Shown: positions 1 to 7,085 of the stretch, piece after piece
How positions within the stretch are numbered: the stretch's first letter is position 1
Layout of the letters: each line of letters begins with the position of its first letter
Virus record (IMG/VR): IMGVR_UViG_3300046359_000179
Location: 75,944 to 92,786 of that record
Length of the DNA: 16,843 nucleotides
Source of the DNA: a virus
Taxonomy: Duplodnaviria; Heunggongvirae; Uroviricota; Caudoviricetes
Strand: one strand, 5' to 3'
The notes under the pieces: model-generated
Database searches by the model: none
What the model was told of the DNA's origin: nothing
Seen by the model: the letters and a program-made list of their open reading frames with translations, nothing else
Translations under genes and position numbers: made by a program

Positions 1-131
1 GACCCAGAAATAACTTTATTCAGTGCCAAGTTACCAGTTGAATACCAAAATCGGGGTGGAGAGAAATCGGTAACGATTGTCTCCATTTTAGAAAGTGATT
101 TTTTGAAATCTTTTAAAAAACTTAAACTCAT
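1..131 (-). CDS. uvsX: UvsX/RecA-like recombinase, 5' fragment running off the window edge
   Basis: Not in the ORF track. Manual translation from ATG at 131 gives MSLSFLKDFKKSLSKMETIVTDFSPPRFWYSTGNLALNKVISG. STGNLALNKVISG matches the N-terminal TGxxxL(D/N)xxxxG motif of RecA/UvsX proteins. SD GGAG at 140-137; lies next to gene 32. Confidence 0.75.
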   Translation of the reverse strand, partial: MSLSFLKDFKKSLSKMETIVTDFSPPRFWYSTGNLALNKVISG

Positions 132-140
132 ATTTTCTCC

Positions 141-183
141 AAAAAAATAAGGGACCTAAGACTTATCGATCATCTTAGGTCCC
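141..183 (-). terminator. Rho-independent terminator after the gp32-like gene
   Basis: Perfect 11-bp inverted repeat GGGACCTAAGA (151-161) / TCTTAGGTCCC (173-183), followed on the minus strand by TTATTTTTTT (150-141). Confidence 0.8.
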
Positions 184-193
184 AAAGAACAAA

Positions 194-1060
194 TTACTCT
201 TCTGCTTTGGCCGCTTTTGCGCGAGCGCGAAGCTGTTCTAGAACTGAAGATGATTTGCTTACTACCGGTTCTTCAGCTTTAGGCTGTTGAGCTTGGGTAG
301 TTTCAGTGCGCTCCGTCTTTGGCTCTTCAGTTTTAGCCGTTTCTTTTTGTTGCTTAGGCGCCGCGCTTGAACCAGTTTGTTCTGCCAGAAGCAAAGCCTC
401 TACTACAGAGCGTTCAGGTTTAACGCCCACATAATCACGCAGGTTAAACAAGTTGATTTGCTCAATAACATCATCATCAAGACTCGTCTGCTTTGGCGAG
501 AAGCTTGAAGTGCTGTAGGACGCATATTGACCAGTTTTGGTCTTCTTGATACGGAAGTTATAGCCGCCGTGGAATGCGTAAGGAACTTCCTCTAGATCTC
601 CTGATTGGAATGCAGATTGAATTTGTTTAAACACTGCAGGACCAAAATCAATGAGTTTAACCAGTTGATTCTGATCGTGCTCAATTGGTGATTCAACTAC
701 GATAACCTGACCGATATAGCTTTTCTTGCGATAATACTTTTTGCCCAAGGTCTCGTTCTTTTCATCATAGAACTTGCGTGAGAGAGCGCAAATAGGACAA
801 TCTTCGTCAAACATGGACAAACATGGAATACGATGAGTTTGGCCATTTACAACCAATTCATGTTCAAGTTTTTCCACTAGGAATTGAAGATTATTGTCTT
901 CGTCAAGGTCTGGAAGGAATCGCACAACTGCTTGCGAATCTTCTGGCATTTTCCAGAATGGGTATTTCAATTTCCACGTTTGATCGCCACCGTCGCCAGA
1001 ACCAGTAGCCTTTTTGTCAAATGCACCTTTGAGAGCGTCTAATTTGTTTTTGATTGTCAT
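194..1060 (-). CDS. 32: T4 gp32-like single-stranded DNA-binding protein
   Basis: 288 aa with AVVRFLP motif, Zn-site pattern H...C-x7-CPIC, RKKSYIGQVIVV, GPAVFKQI, GYNFRIKKTKTGQYASYSTSSF and a low-complexity C-terminal tail, all typical of gp32. Confidence 0.9.
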   Translation of the reverse strand: MTIKNKLDALKGAFDKKATGSGDGGDQTWKLKYPFWKMPEDSQAVVRFLPDLDEDNNLQFLVEKLEHELVVNGQTHRIPCLSMFDEDCPICALSRKFYDEKNETLGKKYYRKKSYIGQVIVVESPIEHDQNQLVKLIDFGPAVFKQIQSAFQSGDLEEVPYAFHGGYNFRIKKTKTGQYASYSTSSFSPKQTSLDDDVIEQINLFNLRDYVGVKPERSVVEALLLAEQTGSSAAPKQQKETAKTEEPKTERTETTQAQQPKAEEPVVSKSSSVLEQLRARAKAAKAEE

Positions 1061-1150
1061 AAAGTTTCCTAAATTTAAAGTTGTAAAATTTTTTCATCAT
1101 AAAATAAAGTTGCATCAAACTTTTAAAAATACAGCAAAAAGCTGCAAAGC
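1060..1150 (-). promoter_or_regulatory. AU-rich leader of gene 32 with a 5' hairpin and three AACTTTA repeats; candidate translational operator
   Basis: Hairpin UGCAGC-UUUUU-GCUGUA (1146-1130). AACTTTA at 1111-1105, 1082-1076 and 1066-1060. SD AGGA just before the last copy. Confidence 0.5.
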
Positions 1151-1158
1151 TATTTATA
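1151..1158 (-). promoter_or_regulatory. T4-type late promoter TATAAATA upstream of gene 32
   Basis: Exact TATAAATA on the minus strand about 90 nt upstream of the ATG, in an intergenic region. Confidence 0.6.
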
Positions 1159-1230
1159 AACTGGTGTCAGCTTTTGGGGGAATTTTATGTTCTTCACTAC
1201 CTATGCATTGCACATAGAGAACATTTGCAG

Positions 1231-1255
1231 TATCAGGTTCAATTATAACCTGATA
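1231..1255. repeat. Perfect 9-bp inverted repeat, possible operator or hairpin
   Basis: TATCAGGTT (1231-1239), 7-nt spacer, AACCTGATA (1247-1255). No U-tract on either side. Confidence 0.5.
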
Positions 1256-1283
1256 AGGTCAATAAGTAATCTTTTTCTTAGCT

Positions 1284-1772
1284 TCAAAATACATTTACGA
1301 GTTGGTCATACTCGTCAATCGTCGGTTCCTGCATTCGCATATACATATCTCTAATAATTTGTTCTGGCACCACTTTGTCTGGGCGGGACGCTTGGCGATC
1401 AATCGCGACTTGCAAGGGAACCATCACGTTCACAGCAACAATTTTAAACCCCTTAGCCTTCGCATCTTGAATCCATTTGGCCCTTGACTTTTTAGTCAAG
1501 TTGGTATTGTCGACGAATAGATTATCAGCTTTCAAAGCGTGCTGCCAACGCAAATTTACGAAATCGTCAAATTCCTTTTTATTGTTATTTGCTTTTTCAA
1601 ATGCAAGGCGGTAAGCAAGTTTTTGTTCGCTTTCAGGATAATCCTTTCCGAGAAATGCCAAGCGGCATTCGTCTAGCGAAAAAGTCGAAACATTGGGTAG
1701 TCCTAGTTTGCTGTTTACAAACGTAGACTTTCCAGATCCAGGGACGCCAATCATAATATAACATGTTTTCAT
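1284..1772 (-). CDS. P-loop kinase, polynucleotide-kinase (AAA_33)-like
   Basis: Walker A GVPGSGKST, LFVDNTNL, lid-like R-x2-R (IDRQASR) and VPEQIIRDMY, as in Pnk-type kinase domains. Confidence 0.8.
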   Translation of the reverse strand: MKTCYIMIGVPGSGKSTFVNSKLGLPNVSTFSLDECRLAFLGKDYPESEQKLAYRLAFEKANNNKKEFDDFVNLRWQHALKADNLFVDNTNLTKKSRAKWIQDAKAKGFKIVAVNVMVPLQVAIDRQASRPDKVVPEQIIRDMYMRMQEPTIDEYDQLVNVF

Positions 1773-2005
1773 TTGGGGCTTTCCTCAAAAATAATCCATT
1801 TAGGAATGCAAATGTCCGCGCTTTGTGCTGGAACAATTACCCCATTTTCTACTGCGCACCGTTCAGCAAATTCTTTTGCTTGTGAAGACATTCTTGCAGC
1901 ACCATGAATGATAAGAAGCGCAAAACAGATAACCGCTACCGCAATTACTGCGAGAGTGATAATTATACCCTGTTCAGAAATTGATTCATTTAAATCTTTT
2001 TCCAT
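1769..2005 (-). CDS. Small single-pass membrane protein, hypothetical
   Basis: Hydrophobic run IIITLAVIAVAVICFALLII; its stop overlaps the ATG of the kinase gene. The track starts at TTG 2017; ATG 2005 is preferred but the start is uncertain. Confidence 0.6.
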   Translation of the reverse strand: MEKDLNESISEQGIIITLAVIAVAVICFALLIIHGAARMSSQAKEFAERCAVENGVIVPAQSADICIPKWIIFEESPK

Positions 2006-2586
2006 TCTTTCATCCAATCATCAACTGCGGCAAGTTTTAAATGCTGATCATCAGAAATCCGACCATGTTGATCTGATAACAGAAAATCCAAATAGGCTTC
2101 ATGCCCATGTTCTCCAGCTCGAGCAATCAAAGAATCTTTTAAGACTTTCCGCTTGCGAGGGTTCTTCATTGAAAACGGTACATGGTGCTCAATAAAAAAG
2201 GCAATATTACCTACGTCATTTGCATCAATTTTGAGCAGTTCAGAAATCATTGCAAAGTTTGTCAAAGCGTAATCAACCCACATGCGAGCAGAAACAAGTT
2301 CGTGTCCATGATACGCCCTATATTCGCCCCGCTCTTCGGAAAACTTAATAATCTGTGATGGCGGTTTACCGATATCATGCATCAAGCACGAAATCATTGT
2401 CAACATGCGCTGACTATCAGTTCGCGACAAATACAAATTGTCTTTGTACCATTTGAGCAGCATCTCAGTATGAACTGAGACATTTTCTTCTCGGTGCCAA
2501 GGCGAACCTTCTCGAGTCAACTGCATATTGCGCCAAATATCGGTTTTCTTAAAACGCGATAAAAATTCTTCGAAGCGATCAATCAT
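1990..2586 (-). CDS. HD-domain phosphohydrolase
   Basis: PWHREENVSVHT, LMHDIGKP (HD motif), YHGHELVSA, IEHH and D-x2-GR, which together give the metal-binding pattern of HD domains. Confidence 0.85.
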   Translation of the reverse strand: MIDRFEEFLSRFKKTDIWRNMQLTREGSPWHREENVSVHTEMLLKWYKDNLYLSRTDSQRMLTMISCLMHDIGKPPSQIIKFSEERGEYRAYHGHELVSARMWVDYALTNFAMISELLKIDANDVGNIAFFIEHHVPFSMKNPRKRKVLKDSLIARAGEHGHEAYLDFLLSDQHGRISDDQHLKLAAVDDWMKEWKKI

Positions 2587-2789
2587 GTATTACAGCCTTT
2601 AGTTTGCATTGTGCTTAGATCAATAATTGGCGTAATCGCAGAAATTTTCCCGTTCTCTCCGACTACTGAATTATAAAGAATCCCATTATAACACGAGTGA
2701 AACGTAGAAGGCGTTTCACTTATGATGCGAACAAAAGCAGTAACAAGAAACCAAATCACGAACGCTATCAGGAATCGGTTCATGGTCAA
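2583..2789 (-). CDS. Small membrane-anchored hypothetical protein
   Basis: N-terminal hydrophobic helix FLIAFVIWFLVTAFV; 4-nt overlaps with both neighbours. The start may be ATG 2783. Confidence 0.6.
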   Translation of the reverse strand: MTMNRFLIAFVIWFLVTAFVRIISETPSTFHSCYNGILYNSVVGENGKISAITPIIDLSTMQTKGCNT

Positions 2790-3106
2790 TCCATTCTAGA
2801 TTCGGCGAATGCATTTATGCCATTAGCACGAAGAACTTCTGCAAATGCGTTTGCCCCTGCAAATTTTGCATTCATGCTTTGTGTCCCGTTTCCAGACGGG
2901 TCATAAACAACAAATCCTCCTTTAAATGCATCAATTTGACCAGCATCAAGTTCTTTTAAATGAGCGACAAATTTTCCCCGTGCTGGTCGAATACGAACCC
3001 AAGCAAATCCACAGGGAAACCATTGTTCTGGATTTTTGTCCAAATAATCAGCGGTTGCAATGCTTGCTGATTTGAATGCATCTTTTGCAATTTGTTCAAC
3101 GTCCAT
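2786..3106 (-). CDS. Hypothetical phage protein (CGFAWV motif)
   Basis: 106 aa, SD AGGAG upstream, packed in the operon. The CGFAWV...Q-x-M-x2-K...AFA-x-VL pattern looks like a widespread phage hypothetical family (from memory, not searched). Confidence 0.7.
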   Translation of the reverse strand: MDVEQIAKDAFKSASIATADYLDKNPEQWFPCGFAWVRIRPARGKFVAHLKELDAGQIDAFKGGFVVYDPSGNGTQSMNAKFAGANAFAEVLRANGINAFAESRMD

Positions 3107-3114
3107 AATTACTC

Positions 3115-3453
3115 CTAAAAAGAATCATCGCCTGCACAGGCTGCAGTGAAACCTGTAAGAACTCCCTGCAAATACGAAATTACGCATTCTGCAGAGCTTC
3201 CACTTCCTTCATCTGGTTCACCAGCACTATACGAAATATCGATTATTTGCCATGGTTCATCACCGCCTACATAGAGATAAACCCAATACACTGGATAAGT
3301 GCTAGATTTCTTCCACCATTTTCGTTCCAGTTTAACAACCGCTTCCACGACTTGGAAGTTTTCGCGAGTTAACCCACGAACAATTTCTAACAGCGAGTTA
3401 ATGTGAACATTGCGTGTTGGCTCATTATACAGTTCGCCGTCTATAAATTGCAT
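3115..3453 (-). CDS. Hypothetical protein
   Basis: 112-aa ORF tightly packed between co-oriented genes; no recognisable motif. Confidence 0.65.
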   Translation of the reverse strand: MQFIDGELYNEPTRNVHINSLLEIVRGLTRENFQVVEAVVKLERKWWKKSSTYPVYWVYLYVGGDEPWQIIDISYSAGEPDEGSGSSAECVISYLQGVLTGFTAACAGDDSF

Positions 3454-3456
3454 GCG

Positions 3457-3693
3457 TTAATTCCAGGTATGCGCCAATTCAACAAGTTTTTCCGCTTCAT
3501 CGAGTTCAAAAGATATTTCAAAATATCCTTCAGAAGTCAGTTCGACGCCATATTGCGGTATCTCGATCAAGAGCAGAGTATCGCCAATCCTTCGTACTTC
3601 TCCGCCACCTCCGTCATACCAATTGATATAGCATGTTTCCTCATGCTTGAGTTGCTTTACCTTCTCGATATCTTTTTCTTTGAGCGTGTTCAT
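3457..3693 (-). CDS. Hypothetical protein
   Basis: 78-aa acidic ORF with SD AGGAG (3703-3699). Confidence 0.65.
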   Translation of the reverse strand: MNTLKEKDIEKVKQLKHEETCYINWYDGGGGEVRRIGDTLLLIEIPQYGVELTSEGYFEISFELDEAEKLVELAHTWN

Positions 3694-3714
3694 TTATTCT
3701 CCTAAGTTAAGGGA

Positions 3715-3723
3715 ATTATAACA
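3715..3723 (-). promoter_or_regulatory. Extended -10 element TGTTATAAT
   Basis: Exact TGnTATAAT overlapping the stop codon of the peptidase gene, about 20 nt before the next ATG; no good -35. Confidence 0.4.
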
Positions 3724-4132
3724 TTATTTCCTCGTAAAAGGCTTCGACAAGAGAAAACATTTCTTCATATGCCTCGATTTCCCACGGCTGCTCTTCATAA
3801 GAATAATGCTCGGCATCTTCACCAAGCCAAATGTGATGCCCGTCAATTATTTGCAGGCGCCCATCTAAAAATTGCTTAACATGAATAAACTCATGGGCAA
3901 GAGCAAGACACAATTCCATTCCGCTAACTTTAGGGTCCACTACTAAAATCGCAGTGTTGTGCTCCGAGAGATAGGTGGTCCCTGCTAACCCATCGAGTTT
4001 AACAGCCGCGGTTGTCATAATCCGCAGCCCTCCCTCTAATGAATGCAGCCCCAACTTTTTAGAAAAGCAATCAGTCATCTGGGAAATATGTTCCCGCTTC
4101 TTGCTTTTCCTAGTTGAAATAGAAATTATCAT
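3716..4132 (-). CDS. Putative zincin-like metallopeptidase
   Basis: LAHEFIHVKQ (HExxH) plus downstream QPWEIEAY; ATGA overlap with the upstream gene. Confidence 0.75.
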   Translation of the reverse strand: MIISISTRKSKKREHISQMTDCFSKKLGLHSLEGGLRIMTTAAVKLDGLAGTTYLSEHNTAILVVDPKVSGMELCLALAHEFIHVKQFLDGRLQIIDGHHIWLGEDAEHYSYEEQPWEIEAYEEMFSLVEAFYEEIML

Positions 4133-5076
4133 TTGAATGCGCGATTCTTTTCAAAGTCGCCCATGTCATGCCAATCTCGATAGCTATTGATTTTTGAAAC
4201 ATCAACATCTTTAAGGTTCCGATTGATATGTTCATCTGAACCAACGTTAATAAAAATGGCATGTTTACTAGAGCGTTCAACAAAATTTGGCCAAGCTTTT
4301 GCATCATAAGCTGCAGTTGACGGGAATGGCATGGTTTTTGCCGCAGGATGAGCTTTTAGAAAGGGCATCGTAGCAGACTCAACAACTGCATCTCCGATTT
4401 CGCCTTTATGAATATTGCGAGCGACTGCTACACCGAAAGCTTTCGCTTCTGGCCAACCAATCTGTAGAGCACGGGTCATTGTCCCTGTTGATACTGCACA
4501 CCAAATTTCAGTGGGATTTAGCCCCAAATCTGTTGAAATATTTTTGCACATGTTGACTAGACCAGCAGTCACAGTCGCATTGCCAGATAATCCAAATGGA
4601 AGAAATTGTGCATTGTTATTTTCTGCCCATTTCTTTGCATAGGAGTTTAACACCGGCATGGCCGCAATACGAACAAATCGCATATCTACGTGAGGATATG
4701 CGAATAACGCCGCTTGATGGTTAGAAACTTCTTTACTAGACGGGCAAAAGAACACTACTTTTTTGTTATAGATCGCCGCCAGCATTGCGATAGCGTCCAT
4801 AGCATGCCCCTGCCGAGGGGCACAATAAACAAGAGTATCAAATGGGGATTTTGCAATAACCTGTTCTGCACCAAAAGCTTTTAAGCCACCAGGGGCAAGG
4901 TCGGCACGGAGAACAAAGCGATCATCGCCAAATTTCTCTACAATAGGTTTGTCTACCTTTGTTTTGAAATCCCCCCACATTTTAAGATAATAATCTCGAG
5001 CGCTCTTACGATCCATTCCTTGCGGGATGTCTTTGTTCGTGGCGTCATCTGTAACTGTGAAAACATTTACTCCCAA
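4129..5076 (-). CDS. Fold-type II PLP-dependent enzyme, probably acting in DNA base hypermodification
   Basis: LRADLAPGGLKAFG (Schiff-base Lys region), P-x2-GHA-x2-AIA and WCAVSTGTMTRAL (phosphate-binding loop). TTG start with SD AGGAG 6 nt upstream. Confidence 0.75.
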   Translation of the reverse strand: MGVNVFTVTDDATNKDIPQGMDRKSARDYYLKMWGDFKTKVDKPIVEKFGDDRFVLRADLAPGGLKAFGAEQVIAKSPFDTLVYCAPRQGHAMDAIAMLAAIYNKKVVFFCPSSKEVSNHQAALFAYPHVDMRFVRIAAMPVLNSYAKKWAENNNAQFLPFGLSGNATVTAGLVNMCKNISTDLGLNPTEIWCAVSTGTMTRALQIGWPEAKAFGVAVARNIHKGEIGDAVVESATMPFLKAHPAAKTMPFPSTAAYDAKAWPNFVERSSKHAIFINVGSDEHINRNLKDVDVSKINSYRDWHDMGDFEKNRAFK

Positions 5077-6038
5077 TTTTTTCTCCTGTAGTGTTGTGGG
5101 GAAATATGCACGCTAGATGCATTTTCCATGTATTTCTTAGCGTACTCTTCGCCATCCATATTGTACCATGTTTCAGGGGGTTTGACTACTTTACCGCCTG
5201 ATTTTTTATTGAGCAGATCGATAAAGCAAAGCGTCATGTTTAAACGTTCTTCGCGGGACCCAAAGAACGGGGTCCCTTTAAAATAGCCAGTTTGCGGAAG
5301 TTTACGGCCTTCATGTTCTACTGGGACTGGAGCACAGTAAAACACTTCGCAGGCAAAAGTCTTTTCAATACTTTGGCCCTGCTTAACATATTCTGAAATC
5401 AGTTCGTCGAGATTAACCCCTGCATGGCGCAAAAGATGATGTCGAATATCAATTGACCCGAATGACAGCGTTATTTCCCCGAACGGTTTCAAGCCCCTGA
5501 AATTCGTAATGATACCAGAACCTAATGAACCGAAAAGAGTCTTCCCATTAGCACGAAGAACAATATCATTCGCCTGAGAAAAAGCCGGGGTATGAGAATC
5601 ACCCACAGAAATGCCAGTGAATTTATTAGAAACCGATTGCAGATTTTCCTGTTTTAGCGAAGGGATGCCCTTAATTCGTTCACTTAGTCTATTACACCAT
5701 TCGTTTGTTATCTCTTTGCAAGTAGTCGGTGCACCAATTCGCTTACGAAGCTGTTCGCCCCATGGAGGCATATCATAATCAAGGGAGACTACATTCGGAT
5801 GCTGCATTACCCGATTAATGCGTTCATAGATTTCCTTTGTTGCTCCTCCGAAGAGGTTCAGAGTTCCGCCAAAATTGACGCCATGTTCTAGGAACACCTT
5901 TTCGTATTTGTCGATATCTGGGGAGCAACGATGATCAATTTCGGCTCCCAGTTGTTCAGCCCAAACAAGCGACCAACCAAGAACATGTGAATTTTTTAAT
6001 AACGGTATATTGCTAATAGGATTAGTGATTACGTGCAT
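5067..6038 (-). CDS. SGNH/GDSL-hydrolase-like protein in the modification cluster
   Basis: VGDSH (block I), FGSIDIRHH (block III-like) and C-terminal SSVHISPQHY (block V-like). Start moved from GTG 6050 to ATG 6038 because GAGGA lies just upstream. Confidence 0.55.
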   Translation of the reverse strand: MHVITNPISNIPLLKNSHVLGWSLVWAEQLGAEIDHRCSPDIDKYEKVFLEHGVNFGGTLNLFGGATKEIYERINRVMQHPNVVSLDYDMPPWGEQLRKRIGAPTTCKEITNEWCNRLSERIKGIPSLKQENLQSVSNKFTGISVGDSHTPAFSQANDIVLRANGKTLFGSLGSGIITNFRGLKPFGEITLSFGSIDIRHHLLRHAGVNLDELISEYVKQGQSIEKTFACEVFYCAPVPVEHEGRKLPQTGYFKGTPFFGSREERLNMTLCFIDLLNKKSGGKVVKPPETWYNMDGEEYAKKYMENASSVHISPQHYRRKNWE

Positions 6039-6052
6039 ATGATTCCTCACGA

Positions 6053-7027
6053 TTAAATTCCGAAAATCTTTTTACCGTCTTTTCGTTTTGCCAAATCAAA
6101 AGTTTCTGGAAAGATCCACTGATAGGGAATGCGTTTAGTGGGGCTTTTAACGCCATGGTTAATAGCGATGTGTTTATAAAATAGGCATGTCTTATCTTCG
6201 ACATTAACCCATTTTTGTTCTTTCATGGGGTTCCTGACATCATTACAAAGCAAATTCATTTGCTCAAGCCAAACGTGACCATACTTATTGTCAGCGACAA
6301 ATTGACCATTTGCATCAATGTGATATTTTACTTTTCCGTTAAGGCTATTCCCGCCAAAAATTTGTTGCATGCCATCAAAATGCCCAGTCCCGCCAAATAA
6401 TACAGAATTTGGGTCCACAATATGTGGATATGCAAATGCCATATATCGTGCAGTATTTTTACACGGATATAACGGACTTCTAAAACCTTGATGGGTTTTA
6501 AAATATGCTTCTAGCCGTTTTGCAAATTCCATCATAGTAAATGGTCGACCCATTGTCTTCGGTTCGTCCAATAGTGTTTGCAAATCTTCACCGGCCTTCA
6601 ATGGTCCACTAATCAACCATTCTTTAACATTAGTGCTTTTTGGAAAATAAATTTGAAAAAGATCATTACGAGCATGACGTTCAGTTTTAAATCGCTCCTG
6701 TGTTTTCGGAATGCCATCATGCAATAATGACATAAATGTCCCCCAGTGTTCATTGCTGAATGAAAACACAAGAGTCAAAAACAGCCGCATTTTGTTGTCA
6801 GTAACTAAACGCATTTCATCTACGAATGGATGTTCATGCCAATGCAGCCTATGAGAGAAAATTTGATAGTCTTCTCTCAGTAAATCATCATCTCGTTCAT
6901 CAAACGCTTTACAATACTCGAAAAATTTTTCAATTCGTTGGTCTTGCGTCCAAGATTTCATCCAACTGTCTGTAGGTTTACCATTTTTTAAATCTACTGT
7001 AACGGTATTTGGATAGGTTATATTCAT
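6053..7027 (-). CDS. aGPT-Pplase / 5-hmdU DNA kinase-like helical-superfamily protein, paralog 2
   Basis: MAFAYPHIVDPNSVLFGGTG and NVEDKTCLFYKH resemble the G-x-G and (D/E)-x-E/D-x2-C-x-(F/Y)-x-K motifs of this HhH-related family. Adjacent to a PLP enzyme gene. Confidence 0.55.
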   Translation of the reverse strand: MNITYPNTVTVDLKNGKPTDSWMKSWTQDQRIEKFFEYCKAFDERDDDLLREDYQIFSHRLHWHEHPFVDEMRLVTDNKMRLFLTLVFSFSNEHWGTFMSLLHDGIPKTQERFKTERHARNDLFQIYFPKSTNVKEWLISGPLKAGEDLQTLLDEPKTMGRPFTMMEFAKRLEAYFKTHQGFRSPLYPCKNTARYMAFAYPHIVDPNSVLFGGTGHFDGMQQIFGGNSLNGKVKYHIDANGQFVADNKYGHVWLEQMNLLCNDVRNPMKEQKWVNVEDKTCLFYKHIAINHGVKSPTKRIPYQWIFPETFDLAKRKDGKKIFGI

Positions 7028-7085
7028 ATTTTATATGTTGGTCGAGTTGGCCGTTGTGAAAATTAAAAAGGAATTATACCCCCTG

